NCBI GenBank assembly: GCA_045643185.1
Contig: JAZUKH010000046.1
Location: 10,883 to 74,882 of the forward strand
DNA from: Myxococcota bacterium
GTDB taxonomy: Bacteria > Myxococcota_A > Bradymonadia > UBA4248
DNA length: 64,000 nt
Reading direction: 5' to 3'
The position numbers were made by a program, and so were the translations under genes. The notes under the pieces are model-generated. The model worked only from the letters and a program-made list of their open reading frames with translations. It was not told where the DNA came from and did not search any database. Shown one piece after another: positions 1-9,472 of this stretch; positions within the stretch are counted from its first letter, which is position 1; each line of letters starts with the position of its first letter.

Positions 1-295
1 GACGTGTCGGAGATGTGTTTTCTGCTTTTGAAGCATTGGGTATCATAGAACCGAAGTTTATGATACGTGTTTGAACGCTTGGCGTTTATGGGCTTTCATT
101 TTGGCATTTGGGAGGAATGATACAAAACGATACAGACTGATTTTGGGATAAAAAACTTTCAAGTTCGTTAAAAATGTAAAAAAAAGCTTGCCAAGGGGGA
201 CGAATACGCGTAGAAGGCGCGCGCTCCTTGCTTCCGAGGCAAATCATGGTGGTTTGCAAGTGTGGAAGCCGAATCAGTTCCATAGGGAGAACACA

Positions 296-739
296 ATGGC
301 ATTTTTAGTTGAGCACCCGAAAACAGTTCGTGAGTACGAAACCGTTTATATTCTGAGAGCGGACGTACTTGATGAAGACCGTAAGAAAGTCACCGATCGT
401 ATGTCGAGCATCATCGAACGTCTCGATGGCACTATTCTTCTTCAGGAAGAATGGGGCAAACGCAAACTCGCGTACAAAATCATGAAGAATGCTTATGGCA
501 TTTACTTCTATCTTCGTTATCTTGGTTACAACGACATGGTTGCGGAAATTGAACGTAACCTTCGCATCCTCGAACCCGTCATCAAGTACATGACGGTCAA
601 ACTCGGCGATGATGTCGATGTTGATAAATGCAAAGAAGAAGCCACGAAGCTTGGCTCCTGCGCGCCGAAAGACAATGCTGATTACAGCGCTGTTGAAATC
701 GGTGATGATGAACTTGATGAACTCGTCGATGACGACTAA
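296..739 (+). CDS. rpsF: 30S ribosomal protein S6; true start is the ATG at 296 (MAFLVEHPK...), not the upstream extension in the ORF track
   Basis: S6-like sequence (REYETVYILR...EEWGKRKLAYKI), acidic C-terminal tail, RBS AGGGAGA upstream of the ATG. Confidence 0.9.
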   Translation: MAFLVEHPKTVREYETVYILRADVLDEDRKKVTDRMSSIIERLDGTILLQEEWGKRKLAYKIMKNAYGIYFYLRYLGYNDMVAEIERNLRILEPVIKYMTVKLGDDVDVDKCKEEATKLGSCAPKDNADYSAVEIGDDELDELVDDD

Positions 740-760
740 TTCCAGTAAGGAGAAAATTAG

Positions 761-1207
761 ATGAAAGTTATTCTTTTGGAAGATGTCGCTCACGTCGGTA
801 ACATGGGTGAAATCGTTAAGGTTTCCGATGGTTACGGCCGCAACTACCTTATTCCTCAGGGCCTTGCCCTCCTCGCTACTGAACAGCGTACGAAAGAATT
901 CGCGCATCAGCAGGCGATGATCGAAAACAAAAAAGCGAAAGTTCGCAAAGCGGCTGAAGAAGTGGCTGCTAAACTTGCGGGCCTCGAAATCGTTATCGCT
1001 CGTGCCACGACCGGTGATGAAGACAAAATTCACGGTTCCGTCACGAATGCGAACATCGCGGATGCCATCGCTGCCAAAGGCATCGATATCGACAAACGTA
1101 AAATCGTTCTCGATCAGAACATCCGTAACCTCGGCGACTATGAGATCGAAATCCGTCTCGGCGCCGAAGTTAAATCGACCGTTAAAGTTTCTGTCGTCGC
1201 CGAATAA
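761..1207 (+). CDS. rplI: 50S ribosomal protein L9
   Basis: N-terminus [36 protein letters not shown] is the canonical L9 sequence; RBS AAGGAGAAAA; directly follows rpsF. Confidence 0.9.
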   Translation: MKVILLEDVAHVGNMGEIVKVSDGYGRNYLIPQGLALLATEQRTKEFAHQQAMIENKKAKVRKAAEEVAAKLAGLEIVIARATTGDEDKIHGSVTNANIADAIAAKGIDIDKRKIVLDQNIRNLGDYEIEIRLGAEVKSTVKVSVVAE

Positions 1208-1237
1208 TTCGTCGATGGCGTATTAACGCATCGTAAA

Positions 1238-1270
1238 GGCGCGCCCCCTTAGGGACGCGCCTTTTTTTAT
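1238..1270 (+). terminator. Rho-independent terminator after rplI
   Basis: GGCGCGCCCC-CTTA-GGGACGCGCC hairpin followed by a T7 run. Confidence 0.7.
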
Positions 1271-1287
1271 ATTTTGAGTTTATTACA

Positions 1288-2262
1288 ATGAATGTAAAGC
1301 ATATCTGCACCATCAAAGGCATTCCTGTTGGCGTCAACTTTTCGTTTTTGATTCTGGTCGTGTTGTTGGCCATGTTGATGGGCAATAACAACCTGGTCTA
1401 TGGCATCATTTGTGGGATATGCATTATCATCGCGTTGATGGTTCACGAATTTGGTCACGCGCTGGTTGCGGCACACTATAACCTGAATCCGCAAGTCATC
1501 TTGACCGGGTCAGGCGGGCTGACGATCCACAAGTCGGCGAATGCCAAACAGTCGTTTCTCATTACCCTGATGGGACCGCTGTCTGGGCTAGTTCTGGGCG
1601 GCATCGCGCTCGGCGTGTATTTCGGGCTGGCTGTCTATGCGCCGACGTTTCTTTCGACTTACACGAACTTCGCGAAGTTCCTGGAATACAGCATGTTCAT
1701 CAACCTCGGTTGGGGCATCTTTAACCTGATTCCCATCAACCCCTTGGATGGCGGTAAACTGCTTTCGGCTTTACTGGCCAAGTTTATGGCACCCAAAACG
1801 GCGATCAAAACGAGCGTCGTTGTCAGCACGTTGTGTTGTGTGGCTTTCATCGTGCTTTCTTGCACGATCTGGCGAAGCATGTTCAACCTTTTTGTTGGCT
1901 TTTACCTGTTGATGATCAACTTTTTGTCGGCAAAACAGGTTTTTTCAAGCATTTCGACGCTCAAAAAGGAAAAAGCCAGTCTGCGTGCCGATACGATCTA
2001 CGAAATGGGGATTTCGGCGGCCCGCGATCACCGCTGGAAAGAGCTCGAAATGTATGGTCATCAGCTCAAAGAAGCGTCTTCATCTTCCGACCAGCTCAAG
2101 AGCGCGTATGACTTTTTGACGATCGCTTGTACGAATCAAAAGAAATATGAAGAAGCGTTGAACTATGCGGAGCGCTCGTCTAAAAGCGAGTCGGTTCAGC
2201 GTGCCGTCGACCGTTGTCGTCACCAATTGACGGTCGAAAAAGAAAATAGTACGGATGCGTGA
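1288..2262 (+). CDS. Site-2 protease family (peptidase M50) membrane metalloprotease with a soluble C-terminal domain
   Basis: HEFGH (HExxH) within a predicted TM helix plus the downstream NLIPINPLDGG motif, the two hallmark M50 motifs; multiple hydrophobic segments. Confidence 0.75.
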   Translation: MNVKHICTIKGIPVGVNFSFLILVVLLAMLMGNNNLVYGIICGICIIIALMVHEFGHALVAAHYNLNPQVILTGSGGLTIHKSANAKQSFLITLMGPLSGLVLGGIALGVYFGLAVYAPTFLSTYTNFAKFLEYSMFINLGWGIFNLIPINPLDGGKLLSALLAKFMAPKTAIKTSVVVSTLCCVAFIVLSCTIWRSMFNLFVGFYLLMINFLSAKQVFSSISTLKKEKASLRADTIYEMGISAARDHRWKELEMYGHQLKEASSSSDQLKSAYDFLTIACTNQKKYEEALNYAERSSKSESVQRAVDRCRHQLTVEKENSTDA

Positions 2263-2328
2263 AATTATGTAGAATGTGTGTCCGACTTGTTCTGGTTATA
2301 GATCGATTTATCCATAAGGAAACACAAT

Positions 2329-3231
2329 ATGAATACTTCCAAACGCGTTATGATCATTGTTGGTTTGGTTATCGTAGTTCTCTGTGTCGTTTTTACGATT
2401 TTTGCGCTTGGTCGCGGCGAAGAGGATGGGGAATGGACCGGATTTGAGCCGTTGGATAGCCAGTTGGCTGTGGTCGATATGTCGTATGCGAAATGGTTTA
2501 AGGATCGCATCGACGTCATGTCGATCCCGGCTGGTCAGCGCGTCGTCTGCGACTGGTTGATGTACAAGTCGTATGCGGTGACGCAACATACCAACATGGG
2601 CGACGCGCTTGAAAAATTCATTGGCAATGATATGGATTTTGCCGTCGATCAGGGTGTGCGTGCCGACTACTGGGCCAGCGTCGCCGCCTGGGAAGAATTC
2701 CTTAAAGCCTACCAGGACGAGAACGCGCGTAAAAAGCTTTTTGAGATCTGCAAAGACGAAGCGCCTGACCTCGAAACGCAATTCAACAACGAGATCATTT
2801 CGTTCAAACAGTTTGCGACCAACGAAGAATTGCTCGACGAAGCCGGTCATTTGAAACCCGACAAGGCTAAACTCGCCCTGTTGCTGCACCGCTACGTGTG
2901 GATCAAAGCCAGTCAGCAGCAGTTCCCCGTGAATGCGATCCAGACACCCGAAGAAGCCATGGCCATGTTCCGTTGGCAGGTCGAAGCGTCGCACATGGCG
3001 GCGGATAAAAAGATCGAAAAGCTGCATGAGACAAAGACGAGCCACCCTGGTGCTTACGATTACACGTATGCAGAAGCCGTCATTGACATTCAAAACGGCG
3101 ATTACGCCGCAGCCTGTCTGCTTTTGAGTCCCATCGCGACCGGCGATGGCATGGTCGATCCATATCAACAGAATTTGTATCGTCGTGCCATGAAAGCCAT
3201 TAAGGCGCTTGACGCTAACGCGTGCCCATGA
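2329..3231 (+). CDS. Hypothetical protein with N-terminal membrane anchor
   Basis: Signal-anchor-like N-terminus (MIIVGLVIVVLCVVFTIFAL), RBS AAGGAAACA; same orientation as its neighbours; an antisense ORF was rejected. Confidence 0.5.
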   Translation: MNTSKRVMIIVGLVIVVLCVVFTIFALGRGEEDGEWTGFEPLDSQLAVVDMSYAKWFKDRIDVMSIPAGQRVVCDWLMYKSYAVTQHTNMGDALEKFIGNDMDFAVDQGVRADYWASVAAWEEFLKAYQDENARKKLFEICKDEAPDLETQFNNEIISFKQFATNEELLDEAGHLKPDKAKLALLLHRYVWIKASQQQFPVNAIQTPEEAMAMFRWQVEASHMAADKKIEKLHETKTSHPGAYDYTYAEAVIDIQNGDYAAACLLLSPIATGDGMVDPYQQNLYRRAMKAIKALDANACP

Positions 3232-3267
3232 GGCATAGATGACCGTGCGGCAACATAGTGTCGTGTC

Positions 3268-3347
3268 AGGCCCCCGCCAGGCGAAGGGGTAGCGGCGTAT
3301 TGGCGTTTCAACGACAATAGCCGCGTAGGGGGAGACTTCCCCCTCAA
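3268..3347. repeat. REP/MITE-like intergenic repeat, copy 1 (family found 7x in the window)
   Basis: Core GCCAGGCGAAGGGGTAGCGGCGTAT - spacer - ATAGCCGCGTAGGGGGAGACTTCCCCCTC, shared with copies at 7.8, 22.7, 33.9, 35.4, 54.7 and 57.3 kb. Confidence 0.85.
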
Positions 3348-3488
3348 AATAAAAATTCCATCGATTTTCTGCTTAACTTTTGGCGATCCGTGAATAAACT
3401 AACGCCACGCCCGAAACAGTTGGTTTGTGCTGATGCACGAAATGACTGTGTTTTTACAACTTAAGACGTCTCAGAAGGAGAATGGACC

Positions 3489-4049
3489 ATGAGTGAAGAA
3501 GTGAAAAACGAAGAAGTGAAAGTCGACGAAGTGAAAGCTGCAGAAGCGAAAGCCGACGAAGCCAAAGCTGAAGACGCCATTAAAGACACCAAGGACCTGA
3601 TCGTTGAACAGGCGAATGCGCTCAAAGGCAAATTGAGCAACCTGTTTGGTAAAGCGACGGAGATCGGTAATTCGGTCGTCGAGACTGTGAAAGAAAAAGC
3701 CGAAAAAGGCAAAGAAATGTATGACGACAAACGTCGTGACTGGGAAGCCAACGATGTTTATCGCAAACTCGGCAAACGCGTGGCCAAATTGGCAAAACGT
3801 GGCGAATTGGTTTTGCCGGAATCTTGCCAGCAGTACCTCGATGCTTTGGATGACATCTATGGTGAAAACGGCGATGATGACGACAACAGCGGCGAATGCT
3901 GTTGCTGCAGCGACGACAAATGCTGCAGCGACGACAAATGCTGCTGCGACGACAAATGCTGCTGCGACGACAATGCCTGCAAGTGCTGCGACAAATGCAC
4001 GGGGGAAGCCGGTTGCGACTGCGGCTGCGACGATTGCAAATGCAAATAA
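3489..4049 (+). CDS. Small acidic protein with a C-terminal metallothionein-like poly-cysteine tail
   Basis: RBS AAGGAGAAT; the last ~60 aa hold ~27 Cys in CC/CCC clusters (CCCCSDDKCCSDDKCCCDDKCCCDDNACKCCDKC...CDCGCDDCKCK), encoded by ~15-nt tandem repeats. Confidence 0.6.
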   Translation: MSEEVKNEEVKVDEVKAAEAKADEAKAEDAIKDTKDLIVEQANALKGKLSNLFGKATEIGNSVVETVKEKAEKGKEMYDDKRRDWEANDVYRKLGKRVAKLAKRGELVLPESCQQYLDALDDIYGENGDDDDNSGECCCCSDDKCCSDDKCCCDDKCCCDDNACKCCDKCTGEAGCDCGCDDCKCK

Positions 4050-4083
4050 CGCTCGCGAATTAGATCAAATCTAAATGATAAAG

Positions 4084-4118
4084 CCTCATCATGCGCTTGT
4101 GTGATGGGGCTTTTTTAG
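4084..4118 (+). terminator. Rho-independent terminator
   Basis: GCCTCATCA...TGATGGGGC hairpin followed by TTTTTT. Confidence 0.6.
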
Positions 4119-4236
4119 TTTTTGTCATTTTTGTGACCGAATTGTTCAAAAAACTGTTTCAGCTCAAGGCGTTAATCGCTAAAAGAGTATTTTTGGCTCG
4201 TTTGAGTTTTGTCGTGTAAAACGAGGAGAAAATAAG

Positions 4237-5772
4237 TTGCAGGATCTAAGAGCAGATGTCGTTATTATTGGCGGCGGTGTCGCGGGATTGACGAGCGCAT
4301 TGGGTATGCGCGGTCGTCGCGTGATCGTATTGACGAAAGCGGAATTTGGCAAAGGCGGTTCGACGCCGATCGCACAGGGCGGTATTGCCTGTGCCATGGG
4401 GAAAGATGACGATCCGAAGCTGCACGCAGCGGATACGCTTGTGGCCGGGGACGATCTTTGTATTTCGGACTGTGTGGATGTTTTGACGAGCGAAGGCCCA
4501 GCGGCGATCCGCCATTTGATCGAAGAAGGCGCTGAGTTTGACCGCACGCCGGATGGCGAACTTTCGTTTGGTCGTGAGGCGGCGCACAGCCGTCGTCGCA
4601 TTTTGCACGCGCATGGCGACAGCACCGGTGCCGAAGTTGAACGCGCGCTCGTGGCGGCCGTTCGACGCGTGGATTACATTCAGATCATTGAAAAGTGCTA
4701 CGTGGGCGATCTGCTGATGGATGGCGATCGCGTGGTCGGTGCGTATGGCGTCGTGAACGGCGAAGTCGTGCGAGTGTTTGCGCCGGCCGTGGTGTTGGCG
4801 TGTGGCGGCATTGGTCGCATCTACCAATACACGACGAATCCTGTCGAATCGGTCGGTGACGGACTCGCCATTGCGGCGCGTGCTAACGCCGTTTTGTCGG
4901 ACGTCGAGTTCGTTCAGTTCCATCCGACGGCGCTCAACACGAAGTTGGATCCGTTGCCGCTGTTGACCGAAGCTCTGCGCGGTGAAGGCGCGACGCTCCA
5001 CACCGAAGATGGCACGCGCTTCATGGTCGGACTGCACAAAGATGCCGAACTTGCGCCGCGCGATGTCGTGGCTCGCGGCATTTGGAAGCAACAGATGGCT
5101 GGGCACTTTGTGACGCTCGACGCGCGCCACATCGGCGCTGAATTTCCTAACAAATTCCCAACGGTCTACGGCTTTTGTCAGCAGGCCGGCATTGACCCGC
5201 GTGTCGATTGCCTGCCCGTCACTCCGGCTGCCCACTATCACATGGGCGGCGTTTCGGTCGATCAGAACGGACACACCACCGTCAAAGGCTTATGGGCTTG
5301 TGGCGAAGTTTCAGCCACGGGCGTGCACGGCGCTAACCGATTGGCCAGCAACTCGTTGCTCGAAGGCCTCGTCTTTGGCGCCCGTGTCAGTCAGAATATC
5401 GCCGAAATCTCGAATTTTGACGAAAAACTCGGTCAGACCCAGACAGAATGCCCACTTTGCAACACGTTTGTCACGGCTGATGAGGCCGATGATGTCCAAA
5501 AACTTCGCGAAACCATGTGGAATCACGTCGGACTCGTCCGAAATGAAGACGGCATGAAAACAGCACTCGCCTTCTTTGACCAGTTGCGTGAAAAACATGC
5601 CCACCCGTCCATGATGCTCAGAAACATGGTCGATGCGGCCACCATGATCACACAGGCTGCCCGTGAACGCCAGGAAAGCCGCGGCGGTCACTATCGCTCC
5701 GATTTTCCAAACCATTCCGACGTCGCCGAACATCATCCGTTCGTCTACACCGGCAATGGTCCGTGGATCTAG
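4237..5772 (+). CDS. nadB: L-aspartate oxidase (FAD flavoprotein, NadB/SdhA family); TTG start
   Basis: N-terminal FAD fold VVIIGGGVAGLTSAL, AQGGIA motif, C-terminal ESRGGHYRSDFP; 511 aa is NadB-sized rather than SdhA-sized; RBS GAGGAGAA. Confidence 0.75.
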   Translation: MQDLRADVVIIGGGVAGLTSALGMRGRRVIVLTKAEFGKGGSTPIAQGGIACAMGKDDDPKLHAADTLVAGDDLCISDCVDVLTSEGPAAIRHLIEEGAEFDRTPDGELSFGREAAHSRRRILHAHGDSTGAEVERALVAAVRRVDYIQIIEKCYVGDLLMDGDRVVGAYGVVNGEVVRVFAPAVVLACGGIGRIYQYTTNPVESVGDGLAIAARANAVLSDVEFVQFHPTALNTKLDPLPLLTEALRGEGATLHTEDGTRFMVGLHKDAELAPRDVVARGIWKQQMAGHFVTLDARHIGAEFPNKFPTVYGFCQQAGIDPRVDCLPVTPAAHYHMGGVSVDQNGHTTVKGLWACGEVSATGVHGANRLASNSLLEGLVFGARVSQNIAEISNFDEKLGQTQTECPLCNTFVTADEADDVQKLRETMWNHVGLVRNEDGMKTALAFFDQLREKHAHPSMMLRNMVDAATMITQAARERQESRGGHYRSDFPNHSDVAEHHPFVYTGNGPWI

Positions 5773-5781
5773 GGGGAAAGC

Positions 5782-6360
5782 ATGACGCGTTTTGAATTGG
5801 CCCGCGATAAGCGCATCACGATCGCGGCGCTCGTCCTCGACGTCCTGAGCGTTTTGTTCATTCTGCTGCTCGTCAACGAGTTGGTCGCCGTTCAGTTCGG
5901 CATTCAGACCTTCAGCCTAAACCACGAGCCGTCGTGGGATGGCGTCAAAAACATGGCGCTCTTTTTCGTGCTGCCAACGCAGTATTTGCTGGCTGTGGTC
6001 GAACTCATCGCCCGGTATCGCGAGGATGGACGCAGCTTTACGCTCCCCATCGTCTTTTTGCCGTTTGGACATGTGCTGCGCTTTTTGATCATGTTTGCGC
6101 TCGAAGCCATCGTCGTGGCTGTCAAACTGGTCGTCTACTTCCTTTCCGTTCTCATCGAGTTCGTGCTCATGATCTGCCGTCTCGATAAAGTCGCCGGCAC
6201 GGCCCTTTGTGTCGATGCCGTCGACCGTTGCCTGGAACCTGTCGAAAAATTCGTCAATGCGACGTATAACTTCCTCTATTTCAATAAGATCCAGACGAAC
6301 GGCAATATCTTTAATTCAGTGTTTAACAATTGTTTAACTTTGTGGTGTATCAACCATTAA
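5782..6360 (+). CDS. Hypothetical integral membrane protein
   Basis: Several hydrophobic helices; same orientation as its neighbours. Confidence 0.45.
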   Translation: MTRFELARDKRITIAALVLDVLSVLFILLLVNELVAVQFGIQTFSLNHEPSWDGVKNMALFFVLPTQYLLAVVELIARYREDGRSFTLPIVFLPFGHVLRFLIMFALEAIVVAVKLVVYFLSVLIEFVLMICRLDKVAGTALCVDAVDRCLEPVEKFVNATYNFLYFNKIQTNGNIFNSVFNNCLTLWCINH

Positions 6361-6479
6361 GGCTGTTTTAACGCGCTATTGAAGGGAAAGCCGCACTGGC
6401 GGCGCCCTCATGGCGAGCAAACAGACGGAACGCTTGCACGCGTTCAAATGAAAATGGTTGGCCCCGCGCTCCGTGTTTT

Positions 6480-7775
6480 TTGAATTCGATGGAACCCCCT
6501 ACTTCTTGTGATGATGAACAAAATTCGATTTTACACAGAATAGTTCGAATAGTCTTTTTTATCTCGACATTTTCGTGGTCGTTTAATCGTTTTGAAGAGT
6601 ATGCTACCGAAGGTGCTCCAGCTGAAAAGATCGTGATGCGCATTCTGCCATTGATGATTACGGCAGCCTACCTTGTGCTCGGCAAATATCGTCCCAGGCT
6701 CAAAAATCTGCTTAGACCCGTGTTTTGGCCCGTTTTGGCCTATCTGTTTTTTGGGGTGTTTTTTGGTCTGTTTGGCATTCAGCCGTTGCTCTCGATGTGG
6801 AAAGGCGCGGAACTGCTGATCGCGACGGCGTTTATCGCTTGTACGTGTGACGATCTGCCAAGTCTCAAGCGTGAATTTCACGCGTACAGCTTTTACATTG
6901 AGTTGTTGATGTATGCGACGGTCGTGTTGGCGTTGATCTCGCCAGAACGCGGGTTTTTGGATTCGCCGTCGTTCGTGCCCTGGATTCGTGGTTATTTGCC
7001 GATGCTGAACCCGAACACGGTCGGCTTTTTGGCTGCTGTGGCGTTGACGCGTCTGCTCTTTACGCCCGTGAAGCTCAAGCCGCTGCGTCTGGCGTTGATC
7101 TCTGGCGTATTGTTGTGCGCGCAGTCGCGTACGCAGTATGCCGCCATGGTCGTGGTGTTCATCGTTTTTGTGGTGGATGCATTTCGTACGCGTCAGCGTC
7201 GCCGCGTGTTTTGGTCAATGATCGGCGGCGCGGTGGCGCTGCTGTTTCTGTTCGGCTTTTCAGACCTGGTGATCAAAGTGTTTCAGCGCGGTCAGTCGGC
7301 GGACACGATGAGCCGTCTTTCGGGGCGCACGGACTATTGGGCCATTGCGTGGGCTCATGCCGGCTTGACGGGCGGCGGGTTTGCGACCGGCTCACGCAGC
7401 CTCATTTTTGAGGCGAGCGGCGTGTTTCAACAGGGCGCCGTAAACCTGCACAGCACCTATCTCGAAGCCATCCTCGGCGCGGGCTTTTTGGGCGCCATTC
7501 CGTTTCTCTTCAACATCCTGTGGAACGTCATTCGACAGGGCATGCGCTTTTTGCTGCGTTGCCGCTCGTTTGACGGCATGTTCACGGCATTCGCTCTGTT
7601 GCTGCTGGCGCGCACGATCATGAGCAATGGCCCGTCGTTGTTCACGATCGATTATTGTCTGCTCATCATGATCTGGTTTGCCATTTCGATCACGTCCAAA
7701 GAGGTGCAGAACCAGACCGAATCGCCCAAACCGCGTGTGAGAACGGAACTTGAATTGGGGGGAAAGATTCAATAG
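6480..7775 (+). CDS. O-antigen ligase (Wzy_C)-like polytopic membrane protein; the real start may be an internal Met near 6632
   Basis: About 10-12 TM segments; C-terminal motif NLHSTYLEAILGAGFLGAIPF resembles the O-antigen ligase H-N-x-Y-L...E-x-G signature. Confidence 0.45.
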   Translation: MNSMEPPTSCDDEQNSILHRIVRIVFFISTFSWSFNRFEEYATEGAPAEKIVMRILPLMITAAYLVLGKYRPRLKNLLRPVFWPVLAYLFFGVFFGLFGIQPLLSMWKGAELLIATAFIACTCDDLPSLKREFHAYSFYIELLMYATVVLALISPERGFLDSPSFVPWIRGYLPMLNPNTVGFLAAVALTRLLFTPVKLKPLRLALISGVLLCAQSRTQYAAMVVVFIVFVVDAFRTRQRRRVFWSMIGGAVALLFLFGFSDLVIKVFQRGQSADTMSRLSGRTDYWAIAWAHAGLTGGGFATGSRSLIFEASGVFQQGAVNLHSTYLEAILGAGFLGAIPFLFNILWNVIRQGMRFLLRCRSFDGMFTAFALLLLARTIMSNGPSLFTIDYCLLIMIWFAISITSKEVQNQTESPKPRVRTELELGGKIQ

Positions 7776-7813
7776 GCGGTATTTCTCGTCTGATTCTGGC
7801 GGCGATCGTATTT

Positions 7814-7886
7814 TGAGGGGGAAGTCTCCCCCTACGCGGCTATTGGCGTTCGCCAATACGCCGCTACCCCTTCGCCTGGCAGGGCC
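7814..7886. repeat. REP/MITE-like intergenic repeat, copy 2 (inverted orientation)
   Basis: GAGGGGGAAGTCTCCCCCTACGCGGCTAT-TGGCGTTCGCCAAT-ACGCCGCTACCCCTTCGCCTGGC. Confidence 0.85.
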
Positions 7887-8053
7887 CACGACGGCGTTTG
7901 CGTGAACCACGTCGCTTGTGCCGCACCACGTCACGGCGCTACTACACACGTAAACGAATCTGTGATATGACACGCGCGCCGTATGGCATGTCGCATGCCC
8001 GGTAGATTTTGAATGAATGATATTCTTGGCCAATGGCCGTGGTTTTGTGAAAT

Positions 8054-9472
8054 ATGACGATGCAGGAAAAGACGGAGATTCAAACTCAACAGGAGATTGC
8101 CAAACAGCACGAAGCGATATGCTCTTTGTTTGGGCTCAAAAAGACGTACGAGGAACGCGCAAACGCAGCTAGTACGCCAAAAACTGGCCTTTCGACGAAA
8201 CAGGTCGTCGTTTTGGTGTTGGCGGCTTTGTTGATCGTTGGGACGATCGTCGGCTACAGTGTGGCGCAGAAACTGATCGACCAGAAGGAACAGGACGAGG
8301 TCGTGGCCAAAAAGCAGCGTGAGATCGAAGCCGAAGAAGCGCGCCGTAACCGCACGGAATTTGCCGAGATCGCGTTTTTGGATTCGTTGCCCGAACAGGC
8401 TGCGATTTCGATGGATGGCAAAAAACTGTACGCCAAGACGCCGGATGGCAGCTACACCGCGTTGCGCGCTGGCAAGGACACTTGGATTCGTTATTTGCCG
8501 GTCAAAGAGAGCACGGTGATCCAGTTTGGCTTTGAGGCCGAAGGGTTTAGGCCGCTGTCACGCAAGATCGCTTACTATGACTGGTATCCTGCGCACAAAG
8601 GTGACATCACGCTTCAGAAGATCTTTCGCAAGATCGTGATGGAACCGGATGTGACGCCGCGTTTGTCGAATTGTGAGGGCGACGCGTGTGAATGGACGGT
8701 GTTTCGCGAGATCATGTTTCGTCTGAAGTATGCTGAGACGGCCAAGATCGCGGTCATCAACGAGGCTGATCGTGGTGTGAACCGCGAGCGCGTGTTGCGC
8801 ACCCATCCCGCGCTCGCGTCGGCGGTTGGCTTGGATGTGGCGAATTTGCCCAAGAATGATGCAGACATGCCGTTGGCTGCGCAAAACCTGATGCAGTTTG
8901 TCGACAAACATCCGTTTGATCTGTATGGGACGATCACGGTCAAATCGAATGTGGCTGACACGCGTGTTTCGTTTTTGGGTGAGCCGCTGATGGTGTTTAA
9001 GGCGTCCGGGTCGATGAGCCAGGTCAAGGTGGATCCCGAAGCGCCGTATACATTTTCGACGTATGGTCAGGGGCATCCGATCGTGATCACGGAGCCGTTG
9101 AGTTTGCGGCTTGAAGCGCCGGGTTATCCGAGCTACGTGACGGAGATCCTGCCGCATCAGTGGCGTTGTGAGCCAGTGTCGGCCGAAGTTCAGGCGGCTT
9201 TGACGGCGCCTGCGTTCACGCAGCTGGAAGATACGAAAGCGGATTATCACCATTATCTTTGCGATTACACCATAGAGATTGCCGTCGACTTTGAGTCGAT
9301 CAAAGCTGCTGCGGATCAGGATGCGGCAGCGGTTGCTGCCGCTCAGCTTGAGGCGTCCAAAGCAGCCGAGGCCAAAGCTGCGGCTACAAAGGCTGACGGG
9401 CAGTCGACGTCTGAAAAAGCGGAGGCTGCGCCACAAGCTGCTGCGAACGGGCAGAACAATGTTGCGAAGTAA
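8054..9472 (+). CDS. Hypothetical membrane-anchored protein with an Ala/Gln-rich C-terminus
   Basis: Internal TM anchor (VVVLVLAALLIVGTIVGY); ORF with plausible codon usage. Confidence 0.5.
   Translation: MTMQEKTEIQTQQEIAKQHEAICSLFGLKKTYEERANAASTPKTGLSTKQVVVLVLAALLIVGTIVGYSVAQKLIDQKEQDEVVAKKQREIEAEEARRNRTEFAEIAFLDSLPEQAAISMDGKKLYAKTPDGSYTALRAGKDTWIRYLPVKESTVIQFGFEAEGFRPLSRKIAYYDWYPAHKGDITLQKIFRKIVMEPDVTPRLSNCEGDACEWTVFREIMFRLKYAETAKIAVINEADRGVNRERVLRTHPALASAVGLDVANLPKNDADMPLAAQNLMQFVDKHPFDLYGTITVKSNVADTRVSFLGEPLMVFKASGSMSQVKVDPEAPYTFSTYGQGHPIVITEPLSLRLEAPGYPSYVTEILPHQWRCEPVSAEVQAALTAPAFTQLEDTKADYHHYLCDYTIEIAVDFESIKAAADQDAAAVAAAQLEASKAAEAKAAATKADGQSTSEKAEAAPQAAANGQNNVAK

Noticed and set aside
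305-1033. 242-aa minus-strand ORF antisense to rpsF/rplI
   Set aside because: It overlaps two unambiguous ribosomal protein genes on the opposite strand; it is a shadow ORF.
2308-3168. 286-aa minus-strand ORF overlapping 2329-3231
   Set aside because: The plus-strand ORF has an RBS and a signal anchor and matches the surrounding gene orientation; the minus ORF has Arg/His-rich antisense composition.
3165-3347. 60-aa ORF (MRGKSPPTRLL...YAATPSPGGG) and similar ORFs at 33715-34005, 35359-35562, 54515-54754, 57283-57501 and 7392-8033
   Set aside because: These are translations of the REP/MITE-like repeat itself. The recurring peptide strings GKSPPTRL, YAATPSPG and RRRGSGV appear wherever the element occurs, in either orientation. 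They are not protein-coding.
4246-5274. 342-aa minus-strand ORF antisense to nadB
   Set aside because: Arg/Ala-rich antisense shadow of a GC-rich gene; nadB has clear FAD-binding motifs on the plus strand.
9279-9458. Upstream 60-aa extension of the 748-aa ORF overlapping the preceding gene
   Set aside because: The extension is Arg/Leu-rich with no RBS. The internal ATG at 9459 gives a canonical lipoprotein signal peptide, so the gene is called from 9459.
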